From: a virus
Length of the DNA: 64,000 bases
IMG/VR virus record: IMGVR_UViG_3300025104_000001
Location: 1 to 64,000 of that record
Direction: 5' to 3' (one strand)
Part shown: one piece after another, positions 17,701 through 26,554 of the stretch
How positions within the stretch are numbered: position 1 is the first letter of the stretch
Layout of the letters: the number at the start of each line of letters is the position of its first letter
The notes under the pieces: model-generated
What the model was told of the DNA's origin: nothing
The model's database searches: none
Seen by the model: only the letters and a program-made list of their open reading frames with translations
Translations under genes and position numbers: made by a program

Positions 17701-20318
17701 TCTGCGGCAGACACTGCAGTATTCACGTTAATAACAGCGTAAACTGTGCCAGTGTATGTAGAGTTAGCAGATGCTACAATCTTCTGGGAGTCAATTGATG
17801 TAACTGTCGTGCCCGCAGCAAATCCATTGCAATGAACCCGTGACAATGGAGCAATGACGTTTGAATAATCGTGCTCCAAGAGGATGTTAGGTGAACCGCT
17901 TGTAACTCGGCCACGTAGGATGAAGAATCCATCGCGTGGGGTTTGACGGAAGTCCAAATAGTCTGATAGGATGTAGGTTTTCTCTTTTGTTGAGAATGTT
18001 GGGATACGACCGATATGAGTTGTGTCGTTTTCATCAACAGGATTATCCCTCAATGATGTATATGAGTCAACCGTGAACACTTCACCTGGGCTGTGTAGGA
18101 AATAATCATACACCACAAGCAATTGACCTGATGGAACAGCGAAGCCCGATTTTGCCTTCAATAGGGTGTTCTGATAGAAGTCAAGAGTGTCGTTGTTCAC
18201 CAACTCAAAATATTGACCAATGTCCGTGTCTGAGGTTGTTGCGGGTGTTGAAAGGTTAGCTGAGACATAGACATGTTTCAGCTTGTAGACGTCCTTGTGT
18301 GCCAATGCAATATGACGTGCTGATGGGACAGCGATTGCGGTGCTACCTTCAGCCAAAGTCTTTGTCTTAACAGAAATAGTCTTGTTCAATGTCGCGCTTA
18401 CAGAGAAGATCGCGTTTGGATAAGAGACGTTGTTGATGACAAGACGCTTACCTTCGTTCTCAATATTTACGATGTTTGAGAAGTAGGCGTTGTCAATTGC
18501 TGTATGTGCTGCAACGGGTTGGCCCGTGAAAACACCGTTTCCTAGGTAATCATAAACGCCGTAGCCTGAAGCGTTTGTGGTGATTGTCACGTTGAAGGCA
18601 ACGTCTGTTGACAATTCAAGGTTACCCGAAGCATCCCTTGTTGTTTTGATGTTAGAGATGCTCAAAGGAATCAAATCACCTGCGCCGCCAGGGAAGGTTT
18701 CCTTGAATTCAATTTTTGCCACATAACCTGAAGCTGCACCCTTCACAACCTGGGTTGCGGTGTTGAACACAGGGGCTGATGATGCTTTCTTGACGTAGAG
18801 AATCTTGTTTGCGCCATCCCACGCATAAGGCGCATATCCTGCATGAGATGTTAGTGGCATGCCATCAGTAACGTTGAAGTTTGACACCACGTTGTCTAGA
18901 GTCACCTTCTGCAAAACGGGACCGTTCTTTAGATCATTTAGCTTCCAACCACCTAAATGCTGCCAACCGTATGTCGAGCTTTGTGATAGGAAGAATGAAC
19001 CGAATAGCTTGAAGATCGTCCGACCCGAGATGTTGATTGCTTCCATGTGCTTTGGAATGCAATAGCCTATGATAGGTGCAGTGTTTTCTTGACCCGTCGT
19101 TAGCCAAAGGATTGGGTGACGAGAAATGTCGATGAATTCGTTACCAGGAGCAAGGTAGATGCATTCTCCGTTTTCGTTGACCTGAATAACATTGTTTGAG
19201 AACTTGATAGCGTCTGGGGTGCGGGCCTTGTCTACTTCAAGGTAAAGGCTTGAATGGTTCTCTACTTCAAATCCCTTGATATACGCCTTGCCTTCACTGA
19301 TTTCAATAGCCATTAGGTTGTCATCGCCGCCATCCGCTGCGCTACGGAAACCTGTTGGGTTACGGTCATCTTTCAAATGGTCGATAACCTTGATGTCTAA
19401 GCCGAATACGGCGTAGTCGCCTGATTCATCGTAAGTGCGACGAGCAAGGGTTTCTTCTAGAACGTTGTATTGGGAGTTTGTCTTTGAAACCTTCAACCAG
19501 TTGTTCTCAATACGAACCAGCTCTAGGAAGTCTGTATCTTCATCGTCCAGAGCAAGGGTTGAAAGCTCAAGGTGAATTGACATACGGTCAGCACCGGGAG
19601 CACCTTCATTAGGGGCACCCGTTGCATTGTCAAACAATGAAGGATCATCGTAAGCAGTAACAATCTCTTTCTTGACAATGAAACCCGCCTTGGCATTTAG
19701 GTTAGTATAGTTCCAACCAATCAAAGTAGATTGGGTTTCAGTGTGGACGAAATACCCATCCACATAGAACACACCCGATTCAACAGTCAAAAATGTTGCA
19801 CGACCTGTACTAGGTTCTCCACCTGGTCCTTGAGCAGCAACGGCAATTGAAATTGTAGGTTCGCCTTCAACAGCGATGGTTAGGTCTGATGAAAACACTG
19901 TAACGTTTACCACCTCACCGGCAACGGTCTTTGTGGCTGAATTGGTATATGAAATGATGGCAAGAATTTGACTACCCAGTGCCTGTGTCATCAAAACAGT
20001 GGCTTCTAGGTTGGTAGCACCAACTGTCTGAAGAAGTTTCTTGCCTACCAATTTTGTAAGCAATTCGGGGTCGTTATCCAAGTTGTTCAAGATGACGTAG
20101 GATGCATTGCGGTTCAATTTTGATTGACCAGGGATAACCATTGAACCATTCTTGAACATATGAGAACCCAAGCGAGCAATTTGCTGTTGGAGAATCTCTT
20201 GCATTTGGTTCATTTCTCTTGCCTGAACCGACACGCCAGGCTTGAAAAGGATTTTATGGAAACCCTTTTCCTTAGAGTAGTCATCGAAATATGGCTTTGC
20301 TGAAAAATCTACTGCCAT
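14748..20318 (-). CDS. VrlC-like (DUF4815) large virion/baseplate protein
   Basis: PYFDD, LFKPG-x-x-VQARE-x-x-Q-x-Q, APGADR, LARRTYDESGDY, RRYTMRDIG-x-LE-x-RI-x-NLEYYT, DPLAQSF. Confidence 0.9.
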   Translation of the reverse strand: MAVDFSAKPYFDDYSKEKGFHKILFKPGVSVQAREMNQMQEILQQQIARLGSHMFKNGSMVIPGQSKLNRNASYVILNNLDNDPELLTKLVGKKLLQTVGATNLEATVLMTQALGSQILAIISYTNSATKTVAGEVVNVTVFSSDLTIAVEGEPTISIAVAAQGPGGEPSTGRATFLTVESGVFYVDGYFVHTETQSTLIGWNYTNLNAKAGFIVKKEIVTAYDDPSLFDNATGAPNEGAPGADRMSIHLELSTLALDDEDTDFLELVRIENNWLKVSKTNSQYNVLEETLARRTYDESGDYAVFGLDIKVIDHLKDDRNPTGFRSAADGGDDNLMAIEISEGKAYIKGFEVENHSSLYLEVDKARTPDAIKFSNNVIQVNENGECIYLAPGNEFIDISRHPILWLTTGQENTAPIIGYCIPKHMEAINISGRTIFKLFGSFFLSQSSTYGWQHLGGWKLNDLKNGPVLQKVTLDNVVSNFNVTDGMPLTSHAGYAPYAWDGANKILYVKKASSAPVFNTATQVVKGAASGYVAKIEFKETFPGGAGDLIPLSISNIKTTRDASGNLELSTDVAFNVTITTNASGYGVYDYLGNGVFTGQPVAAHTAIDNAYFSNIVNIENEGKRLVINNVSYPNAIFSVSATLNKTISVKTKTLAEGSTAIAVPSARHIALAHKDVYKLKHVYVSANLSTPATTSDTDIGQYFELVNNDTLDFYQNTLLKAKSGFAVPSGQLLVVYDYFLHSPGEVFTVDSYTSLRDNPVDENDTTHIGRIPTFSTKEKTYILSDYLDFRQTPRDGFFILRGRVTSGSPNILLEHDYSNVIAPLSRVHCNGFAAGTTVTSIDSQKIVASANSTYTGTVYAVINVNTAVSAAEPFFPEVRNVWAPQSGQAIIYDAAYFVDRWDRIVYYKNGEIRYIYGVPGVTRYPETPVDAMSLATLIVPAYTRQAAFVKYKKDDNRRYTMRDIGKLERRIENLEYYTTLTLKELETKEMKITDANGLDRFKSGFFVSDFQDFGVFSPFDGGFQATLVPEQNKVIPLEYSDNINLVLNQTRSSNFVIKGDKVFLPYTEVVEIQQPFATATETINPYLIIKWNPSMNLTPSNDTWIETEWAPSVTNITNLSRTIVNESTVVNNTINVVNSSRSVSGFFGWSAPAPETVIVGQSTRDVGSDTTTTTSSVTTSTEARSTRLIGTSVIPFMRSRTVRFEVKASKPNTRYWASFDAVDVNEFCRPVNPVTQVAGAWGDPLVSDPMGRLMGDFQIPPGRFSTGSKTFAIADTNVLQFPDAAVECEASATYTANGTLRTMQEVIDITNTTVNTINRVTTVNRVTTVNRQTTTFTNLGFQPVFDGGGGDDPLAQSFFTGNVPAAGMFITKVELFFWKKDPVAPVFLELREMYNGYPVNERIPGSLVGLSPDQVNVSDDSTAATAFVFDKPIWIPAGKEFCFVVFGKSSRYHVWISRLGEKVVNEDRVVGEQPSLGSLFKSQNASTWTPFQLEDIKFRIYRAKFNTSVSADWIFENDGRAARRRVQLSNFYTTSGSRFITVRHDNHGMEVNGIVKIQPENAVGSTSNSASPATAFNNIPMSEIYGNHVVKEVVDINHYKIEVTTPANKTGYFEDVGRYVYIDSNINYYMYRLLADEFVPPESNVRYFANLITGKDFDGGQTPKVQIKEQQVKNKDSNALQEVALVQTAENETSKSIQIKATITTANDYVAPVLSLSENSVVVASLALNKPSNDNENAANMADGKAASKIVTRTIRLKTAADSLRIFTTENKLEADDIEVYYRTAKNRDLETKTWTKIAPLNVAVSYDNETYTEHERRVDDIPEFDEFQIKIVLKGRNSVRRPSIKELRAIAVAS

Positions 20319-20363
20319 CGTATGTCCTTTTCTAATATCTAACCGTTGCTTTTATTTATTGGC

Positions 20364-21635
20364 TCAGAAACTGAAAATTGGTCTTGCTTCCACATTGTCC
20401 GCAATCGACTTCGTTCTCGGATCGAAATATGCCTTGAATATCACGGACCCGCTAATCTTAAATGTCTCATTCGTCACTGTTGATACAGTCCCCGTTGCTG
20501 AACTTGTCTCACCTGTCACTACTCCTGAAGGAACACCATCAAGGCCTGTTAGGTAAAGAGTATCTGCTTCAATGTAAGTGATATATCCGTATCCACCAGA
20601 GAACGTTACCCTTTCGCCTACTACAAATGATCCGCTTACACCCGTCAGCACAACTGTAGAAGTGTTTGCATATCTATAATCGGTTGCGAAAGAATTGTTC
20701 ATCAATTGGGGGTCAGCAACCAACAGAAGTTTTCTAAAGGTCAAATCGCCTTTGATGAGACCACCTTCGTTGCCTTCAATTGTACAGGTTGCCATTACAT
20801 GTGAAGCATAGAGCTCTTCGGCAGGATTGTAACCGTGGCCGAATACGGGAGATAGCACGGCTGTTGCAAATGCACCTGTTCCAGGAACTGCTTGGGGGTC
20901 GGTGATGATAACATTTGCCCAAGTGTAACCTCGGCCTTTATTAGTTACTGAAATCGAAGTGATTGCGCCTGTTGTTGGGTGAATTGTGAGTGATGCTGTT
21001 GCGCCTGTTCCGTCGCCTACAATCGTAACGGTTGTTCCCACGCCATATTTAGAACCACCTTGGACAAGATCAATTCTGTCTATTGTTCCGGGGACAGCCG
21101 CAACCTGTGAAGCATATTGATTTTCGTATCCGACCTCAGATGTGAAGATTTCCTTCACTGGAATCCAATCAGGTGTTAGGAACTTCAATAGGTCGTCACC
21201 GTTAACTGAGAACATATAGCGCCAGACATAACCATCTGCTGTCTGAAAGGGAACGGTATTCACCAGGTTGGGTTCAACTGTAGAAACCGCACCGTTATTG
21301 TTTGAAATGCACTTGTAGACGTGATTGGAACTTGTCAAACAGTAGAAGTCTTTATTCGCAATGAGAGGGTCTCGGTCATTCCATTGGGTGAAAACCTTTT
21401 CTTCCCAATTGACTCTACGAATCACCAAAGAGAAGTTTGACTCAAGAACCTTTTTAGCGAACACCGTCTCATTGAAGTCATTTACAAGGTTGTATGCTGA
21501 CTCTTGAATACCCGTAGGCGCAAGATCAGGAGAACCCCAACTGAAGGTCCTACCTAGAAATGCATAAATGCGTCTGTCTAAGCAATACTGAAGAAAATTT
21601 CTTGCTGAGATAAGAGATAGTTTGTAATTTTTCAT
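20364..21635 (-). CDS. gp8: Baseplate wedge subunit (gp8-like)
   Basis: VYKCISN, S-x-x-EP, DGYVWRYM, KF-x-T-x-x-WIPV, P-x-x-GHG. Confidence 0.88.
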   Translation of the reverse strand: MKNYKLSLISARNFLQYCLDRRIYAFLGRTFSWGSPDLAPTGIQESAYNLVNDFNETVFAKKVLESNFSLVIRRVNWEEKVFTQWNDRDPLIANKDFYCLTSSNHVYKCISNNNGAVSTVEPNLVNTVPFQTADGYVWRYMFSVNGDDLLKFLTPDWIPVKEIFTSEVGYENQYASQVAAVPGTIDRIDLVQGGSKYGVGTTVTIVGDGTGATASLTIHPTTGAITSISVTNKGRGYTWANVIITDPQAVPGTGAFATAVLSPVFGHGYNPAEELYASHVMATCTIEGNEGGLIKGDLTFRKLLLVADPQLMNNSFATDYRYANTSTVVLTGVSGSFVVGERVTFSGGYGYITYIEADTLYLTGLDGVPSGVVTGETSSATGTVSTVTNETFKISGSVIFKAYFDPRTKSIADNVEARPIFSF

Positions 21636-21675
21636 CCTAATATCCAGAGATTCGTTCCATGTAGATATTTATGAG

Positions 21676-21731
21676 GAAGGGGCCCAAGCCCCTTCGTTTG
21701 CATATGTAGTGAAAGGGGCCTAAGCCCCTTT
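21676..21731. terminator. Tandem near-identical hairpins (terminator-like)
   Basis: GAAGGGGC-CCAA-GCCCCTTC and AAAGGGGC-CTAA-GCCCCTTT. Confidence 0.7.
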
Positions 21732-21739
21732 GTTTATTC

Positions 21740-22021
21740 TCATTCCTTGACGTTTAGCTCCACGACTGTTTCATAGAGCGTCTCGAAATTGTTTTGTTCA
21801 TCAACCACATCCTTGAAGTTCTGGCGATGATATGTTCGAGCCATTCGATTCAGAAACTTCTTGGGAATTTCAAACTCTTCTGCCAGAGCTGCAATCTCGT
21901 CTTTGATGAGATCCTTCTCGGCCTCAATACGAGTCATTGACTCTGATACCGTTCGCATAACACGGCGAATCTTCTCACGATCTGCGGGGCTGGATGGGAT
22001 AATAACTTGCTTGGTGCTCAT
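21740..22021 (-). CDS. dsbA: T4 DsbA-like dsDNA-binding protein
   Basis: E-x-S...IEAEKD-x-IK...YH-x-Q-x-F...E-x-LYE pattern and size. Confidence 0.75.
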   Translation of the reverse strand: MSTKQVIIPSSPADREKIRRVMRTVSESMTRIEAEKDLIKDEIAALAEEFEIPKKFLNRMARTYHRQNFKDVVDEQNNFETLYETVVELNVKE

Positions 22022-22036
22022 AATGATTCCCCTTGA

Positions 22037-22717
22037 TTAGTTCATGCCGTTTGCAATCGCCATGAATTCAGCGCGCACCGTCGGATTGCTCTTGAAGGCA
22101 CCGCTAATGTAACTAGTCACAGTTTCAGAGTTTTGATCCTCGACTCCACGACTAATGACACAATAGTGACGTGCTTTGATTGCAACTGCCACATCATCTG
22201 TTTCCAGAATGAATTTCAGAGTTTCCGCAATCTGTTGGGTCAGGCGTTCTTGAACCTGAGGACGGCGGCTGAAATATTCCACAATACGGTTCATCTTCGA
22301 TAGACCCAGAACCTTCTTGTCGGGAATGTATGCTACAGTTGCCAGACCGTCAATTTGCACAAGGTGATGCTCACAATCAGACATGACTCGGATGTTGCGT
22401 TCCACGACCATTTCATCATAGTGCATCTTGTTTTCGATTGTCGTACATTTCGGGAAGTTCTCTGGCTTGAGACCCCAAAACTTCTCGAGGACAAACATCT
22501 TAGCCACTCGCTTAGGAGTATCGACTAGACTGTCATCGGTCAAATCAAGACCGAGGAAAATCATAACATCTCGAATGAGAGGTTCGATGACTGAAATCTT
22601 GTCTTGTTCGGAAATTTGCAGTTTGTTTGTGGTAGGCGTATGAATACCCAATGAACGTAGATGATTCTCTACTGCTTGGCCCAGACTTGGGTCCGTCTTT
22701 GTTTTGTTAAATGCCAT
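22037..22717 (-). CDS. folE: GTP cyclohydrolase I
   Basis: TPKRVAKM, CEHH, GLSK-x-x-R, RPQVQERLT, H-x-C-x-x-x-RGV. Confidence 0.97.
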   Translation of the reverse strand: MAFNKTKTDPSLGQAVENHLRSLGIHTPTTNKLQISEQDKISVIEPLIRDVMIFLGLDLTDDSLVDTPKRVAKMFVLEKFWGLKPENFPKCTTIENKMHYDEMVVERNIRVMSDCEHHLVQIDGLATVAYIPDKKVLGLSKMNRIVEYFSRRPQVQERLTQQIAETLKFILETDDVAVAIKARHYCVISRGVEDQNSETVTSYISGAFKSNPTVRAEFMAIANGMN

Positions 22718-22772
22718 TTGTTCCCTTTCCTTAAACGAGAAACATTATTGTAACACAATTTACACGGACATG

Positions 22773-23303
22773 CTAGTGAAAAAAATCTATGAGGTATTTA
22801 GCTTGGGCGATTGAATCGTCTAGCGCATTGTGGTGAACGCCTTCATCACGCTCAATGTCCACACCGAAAACATTACACACTGTCCGTCCATCATAGACAT
22901 TGTAATATTTCCATGGCATCTTGCCAATCCCTAAAACCTTCATCATTGCTACCTGAGTGATAGGTACATCAAAATGAGGTCCCCTGGCCCATAGGGGTTC
23001 ATTGCGCTTCTTGGACAGATACTCGAAGAACATATTGAGGGCTTCTGCTGCAGGTTTTGCGGTTTTCTGAATACCTCTCAACGCCGCAGGGTTTTGCTCT
23101 CGCCATCATTGAAGTGTATCTTTGTCGTATGTCAAACCATGACGTAGAGAATCTTGTGCATCAATGGTCACATAGAATTCATCATAGATCCGCTTTTGGT
23201 CGATGTTGAAACGGCACGCGCCAATGCTCAAAATAGCACACCCCGGCTCTTTGCCCAAGGTTTCAATGTCAAACATCACGCCATTCAAATGACTAAAACT
23301 CAT
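22773..23303 (-). pseudogene. DEDDh 3'-5' exonuclease (DexA/Rv2179c-like) interrupted by an in-frame TGA
   Basis: DIETLG, SIGA, FD, D-x-RT, HNALDD motifs in one frame; reads DTLQ*WREQ where WW is expected. Confidence 0.85.
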
Positions 23304-23309
23304 AGAAAA

Positions 23310-23804
23310 TCAATCCTCGACAACATCGTTCCAACTATACCCATTGAAAACAAGCTCACGCCCGTTGATTGAATCAATGACGTTCTCAAGGTAATAGTCG
23401 TCCCAAGGCTTGCCTGTTTGAATTGTAACGTGGGGTGAATAGAATTCCCGGGAGTGTTTCGCCCCTAGTTTCTTAAGCCTTTCATGTTCCGCCTGTAAAT
23501 CGGCGCTTTCCAAGGTAATAACGAGAGAGTCTTCGTTCTTACCGTAGAGCTGGATGTCCTTCATTCTTGCTCTGAAGGTTTTTGTTTTCGGGTATGATTT
23601 TTCAGCGGGCGAGTCGTACTTGCTATACATCACAATGCAATGTAGATCATCATAATTGCATTCTGTTCCCAAGACATCAGCAACTGCCGTGATGATGTCT
23701 TTGGAACGTTTGTTTGGCACAACGCTCACATAAAGTCCAGATTTTCCCGTCCAACCATTACGAATCAGCTTTTCTACAATCTGCATTGACTTTTCCTCAA
23801 TCAT
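23310..23804 (-). CDS. 2H phosphodiesterase, Acb1/T4 gp57B-like (anti-CBASS candidate)
   Basis: GLYV, LHC(I)VMYS, GA-x-HS...Y-x-PHVT. Confidence 0.75.
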   Translation of the reverse strand: MIEEKSMQIVEKLIRNGWTGKSGLYVSVVPNKRSKDIITAVADVLGTECNYDDLHCIVMYSKYDSPAEKSYPKTKTFRARMKDIQLYGKNEDSLVITLESADLQAEHERLKKLGAKHSREFYSPHVTIQTGKPWDDYYLENVIDSINGRELVFNGYSWNDVVED

Positions 23805-24685
23805 GAGCCGATAACATTCCCAAATACGTATGTATGGTTTCTAGTTGCGACCATATAGCCACGCTTCATTGCCTCATTCGAGATTTTCGCAATGGTAGAA
23901 CCTTCTTGTTGTTCCTTCGTTGCACCAACAGGCATTACCCAGATGTGCCAATCACTAGGAATTATGGGGATAATCTGCTTCATATACATGTCTAACTCTT
24001 CCCAACATGCATCAGTGCCGTTCACCACAAACTTCAACCAACCCGAGGCTTCCTCAAAATAATCCTCCAAGAGCTTGACGTTCACTGCATTACGTTCGCC
24101 TGAAACGGAGAACAGCTTAGGCGACACGCTAAGATAGAGGTCTGCGGTTGTTGACATGCTATGGAAGTCTTTGAAAGGCTTTGTTCCATTCGTCTCGATT
24201 GTGATCTGAAGCGGAGACATGTCACGCTCCTTGAATTCATCACAAATCGCCTTCATCTGTTTTTGCCAGAGCATGGGTTCGCCGCCTGTAAAACATAGCT
24301 GAACTTTTTGATTGGTTACGGGATGCCTCCAAAAGCCGTTTTTATTATCGGCCTTGAGACCAAGGTTTGCTTCACCCAAAGCGATCAGTTTGTCCACAAG
24401 CTCTCTGACGGACTTCTTGTGAACAAGAGAATCAAACCTCTTAGACCACGAGTATGACGAATCACACCCATGCTCGAAAACAGGCAGTTCTTCAAGGGTC
24501 TTGTACTTGCTGATATCAATTGTCTTGTACGGAAGAACGTAGGTTGATTCGTCCATAGGATTCTTCTGACCGAACCCGTTGCATTCTAGGTTGCAGCCGA
24601 AGAACCGAACCCAGATTGTGGGCATGCCAGCGAAACCCGCTTCGCCTTGAAAAGATGTGAAGATTTCACTGTACTTGATATCCAT
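23801..24685 (-). CDS. queE: 7-carboxy-7-deazaguanine synthase (radical SAM)
   Basis: EIF-x-S-x-QGE, R-x-x-GCNLEC...GCDS, TGGEP, IETNGT, SVSPK. Confidence 0.92.
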   Translation of the reverse strand: MDIKYSEIFTSFQGEAGFAGMPTIWVRFFGCNLECNGFGQKNPMDESTYVLPYKTIDISKYKTLEELPVFEHGCDSSYSWSKRFDSLVHKKSVRELVDKLIALGEANLGLKADNKNGFWRHPVTNQKVQLCFTGGEPMLWQKQMKAICDEFKERDMSPLQITIETNGTKPFKDFHSMSTTADLYLSVSPKLFSVSGERNAVNVKLLEDYFEEASGWLKFVVNGTDACWEELDMYMKQIIPIIPSDWHIWVMPVGATKEQQEGSTIAKISNEAMKRGYMVATRNHTYVFGNVIGS

Positions 24686-24718
24686 GAAAGACTCCTTGAA
24701 AACTGCATTATAGCAGAC

Positions 24719-25327
24719 TTAAGCCATCAATGCAAGGTCAAATTTTTCTTTGAGAATGTCAGAACAAATCTTGACGCGTTCCTCAAAATCTGTTACTTCT
24801 TTCGGCATGACGAAGTACTTATCTTTCGGCAAATACCTGTCTGCGACGTTCAGGAACACCTCGTTCAGAGACTCTTGGATGTCTAGAGAGCAGCTACCCG
24901 CATCATCTTCAAAAGGAATCCCTGGCTGAATGATAAAGGTGAAGTCGATAGAATCGAAATGTTGACGAATCATGCCAAGGTGTGACTCAAAGGCACGAAA
25001 GTCTTCTCGTCCTGCCTTGAAGTCACCCAAGAGGTTGCTAAGGAAGAACTCTGAGTAACAGTAGACGTCAAACGCTGAACGGTCAAAAACAGAGTATTGT
25101 TCGCCTCGCATAATCTGCTGGGTCACATGGTTGCAAATCACGTTTTGCTGAACAATGCGCCAATAAAACCCATCCTTGCCTCGGAGACTTTCTGCTTCCT
25201 TGACAGAGCGTTTCTTAAAGGTCTTCTCGACCCTAGTATAATACATGATGAGATCATGGTCTACTGCAATACGCTCTGCAAGAGTAGTCTTGCCTGTACG
25301 ATGAGCGCCGCTGAAACAAATTTTCAT
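24719..25327 (-). CDS. P-loop nucleotide-kinase-like ATPase (AAA_28/NadR-like)
   Basis: G-x-HRTGKTT Walker A, DRS-x-x-D. Confidence 0.75.
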   Translation of the reverse strand: MKICFSGAHRTGKTTLAERIAVDHDLIMYYTRVEKTFKKRSVKEAESLRGKDGFYWRIVQQNVICNHVTQQIMRGEQYSVFDRSAFDVYCYSEFFLSNLLGDFKAGREDFRAFESHLGMIRQHFDSIDFTFIIQPGIPFEDDAGSCSLDIQESLNEVFLNVADRYLPKDKYFVMPKEVTDFEERVKICSDILKEKFDLALMA

Positions 25328-25360
25328 CGTTGTTTCTCCTTTATGCCACTTTCACCCAAG

Positions 25361-26055
25361 TCACTCACGAATAGCGGCCTCCTGCTGCTCCAGCCTCTTG
25401 AACTCGATCACCCATACCCAAGGGTTGGCGACCCAGCTTTCGGGGCCGTTGATCATCTCCCAGGCTTCTCGGAAGGCGTGCCAAGGTGCGTTGTGTCGCG
25501 TGTATCGCTCGGGCGCAAACCACCCAAACTCATCAAAAAACACGGCTTCACCGTCGCCGAAGGCGTGCCATTTGCCGTCCACTCGCCGCACACCCTCCGC
25601 TACAGCGTCCGCCTCGCTGATGTCCTGCAACCGCTCCACACGCACGCCGGTCACTTCGAGGGTGATGCGCGACAGTCTGCGAGGCATGTGGATGCTTGGC
25701 GACCAGCGCCCACCACTCGGATCGTCTGCATCGGCCCGATACACCGTCTTGGCGGGTCGGCAAGGAATGCTGACGCTCGCCTCCCAGCAGTAGTCGGCTG
25801 GCTCGTGGATGAACGCCTCCCTCACCCACAGCCTGTCTCCGGGCCGCCCGTAGGGGGCAGCGGTCTCCAGGACTTCAGGTAAGGGCTTCCGCTTGATAGG
25901 TCGATGAACCGCTGGGCCCACAACCCGTCTCCATCATCGAACCAACCGATGCAGTCTGCTGAATAGCGCTTCACAACCCGCCTCGTTTGGGTCTTGGCGC
26001 CCGCCAGAATCACCCGGACCATCGGCGCGCTGAAGAGGATGGGACGCTCTTTCAT
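25361..26055 (-). pseudogene. Temperate-phage ASCH-like protein ([13 protein letters not shown] family), frameshifted near 25860
   Basis: KTQTRRV in one frame; PYG[10 protein letters not shown], W-x-PSIHMPR...RITLE, VERLQDISE, NPWVWVIEF in another; GC-rich. Confidence 0.8.
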
Positions 26056-26297
26056 GCTTGCTCCTTCATCGCCAGGATGGCGGCGGAAATGTTGGTACCC
26101 GGACAACTGTCCGTGTACTGCCCCTCGAACTCGAACGCACACTCCTCAAGCGTGACGTTGCGGACGAGGGCAGCGAACTTCAAGAGTTCCTCCGGAGAAA
26201 TAACAAAATTGCCCTCGTCCCAGTCAGTTGGTGGGCTTGTGAATCCGTCATACCCGCCAGCTTTTCGCGCCATCTCGATGACATCGGTTATCGTCAT
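26052..26297 (-). CDS. Hypothetical temperate-phage-type protein
   Basis: IEMARKAG...L-x-x-FAALV...E-x-CA pattern; GAGGAG RBS; GC-rich. Confidence 0.7.
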   Translation of the reverse strand: MTITDVIEMARKAGGYDGFTSPPTDWDEGNFVISPEELLKFAALVRNVTLEECAFEFEGQYTDSCPGTNISAAILAMKEQA

Positions 26298-26435
26298 GTC
26301 TTCTGCTCCTCAAGCACACAAAGTACGGCGCTCAGCGTGGAAACCACTTCACATCAAAGCGCAGCTCTAAAGCCCCACCACAGCCTCCACCACAGCCTCA
26401 ACGTCTACCTTGTTCATCATCAGATCTCCAGTGCG

Positions 26436-26510
26436 TTCGTCTTGAATCATGATCTAGGTTCTCCGTTCAACAATGAACGCATTATAAGGCAAGAATCATA
26501 CCATGTCTAG
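26436..26510 (-). repeat. Promoter/RBS/start cassette, copy 1 (TAGACA-N17-TATAAT)
   Basis: Near-identical to 48776-48850 on the opposite strand. Confidence 0.85.
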
Positions 26511-26554
26511 TATGTTTTTGAGAATTTTTACTCGAATATCAAAGTTTGACATGT

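Noticed and set aside
23100-23111. Genome-wide TGA=Trp recoding
   Set aside because: TGA terminates many conserved genes at the expected length (gp19, gp21, pseT) and no suppressor tRNA was seen
24686-24720. preQ1 riboswitch upstream of queE or folE
   Set aside because: Leaders are very short (promoter then RBS) with no recognisable aptamer
25097-26510. Long plus-strand ORFs (25097-25882, 25398, 25987, 26058)
   Set aside because: Antisense shadows of GC-rich minus-strand genes with recognisable motifs
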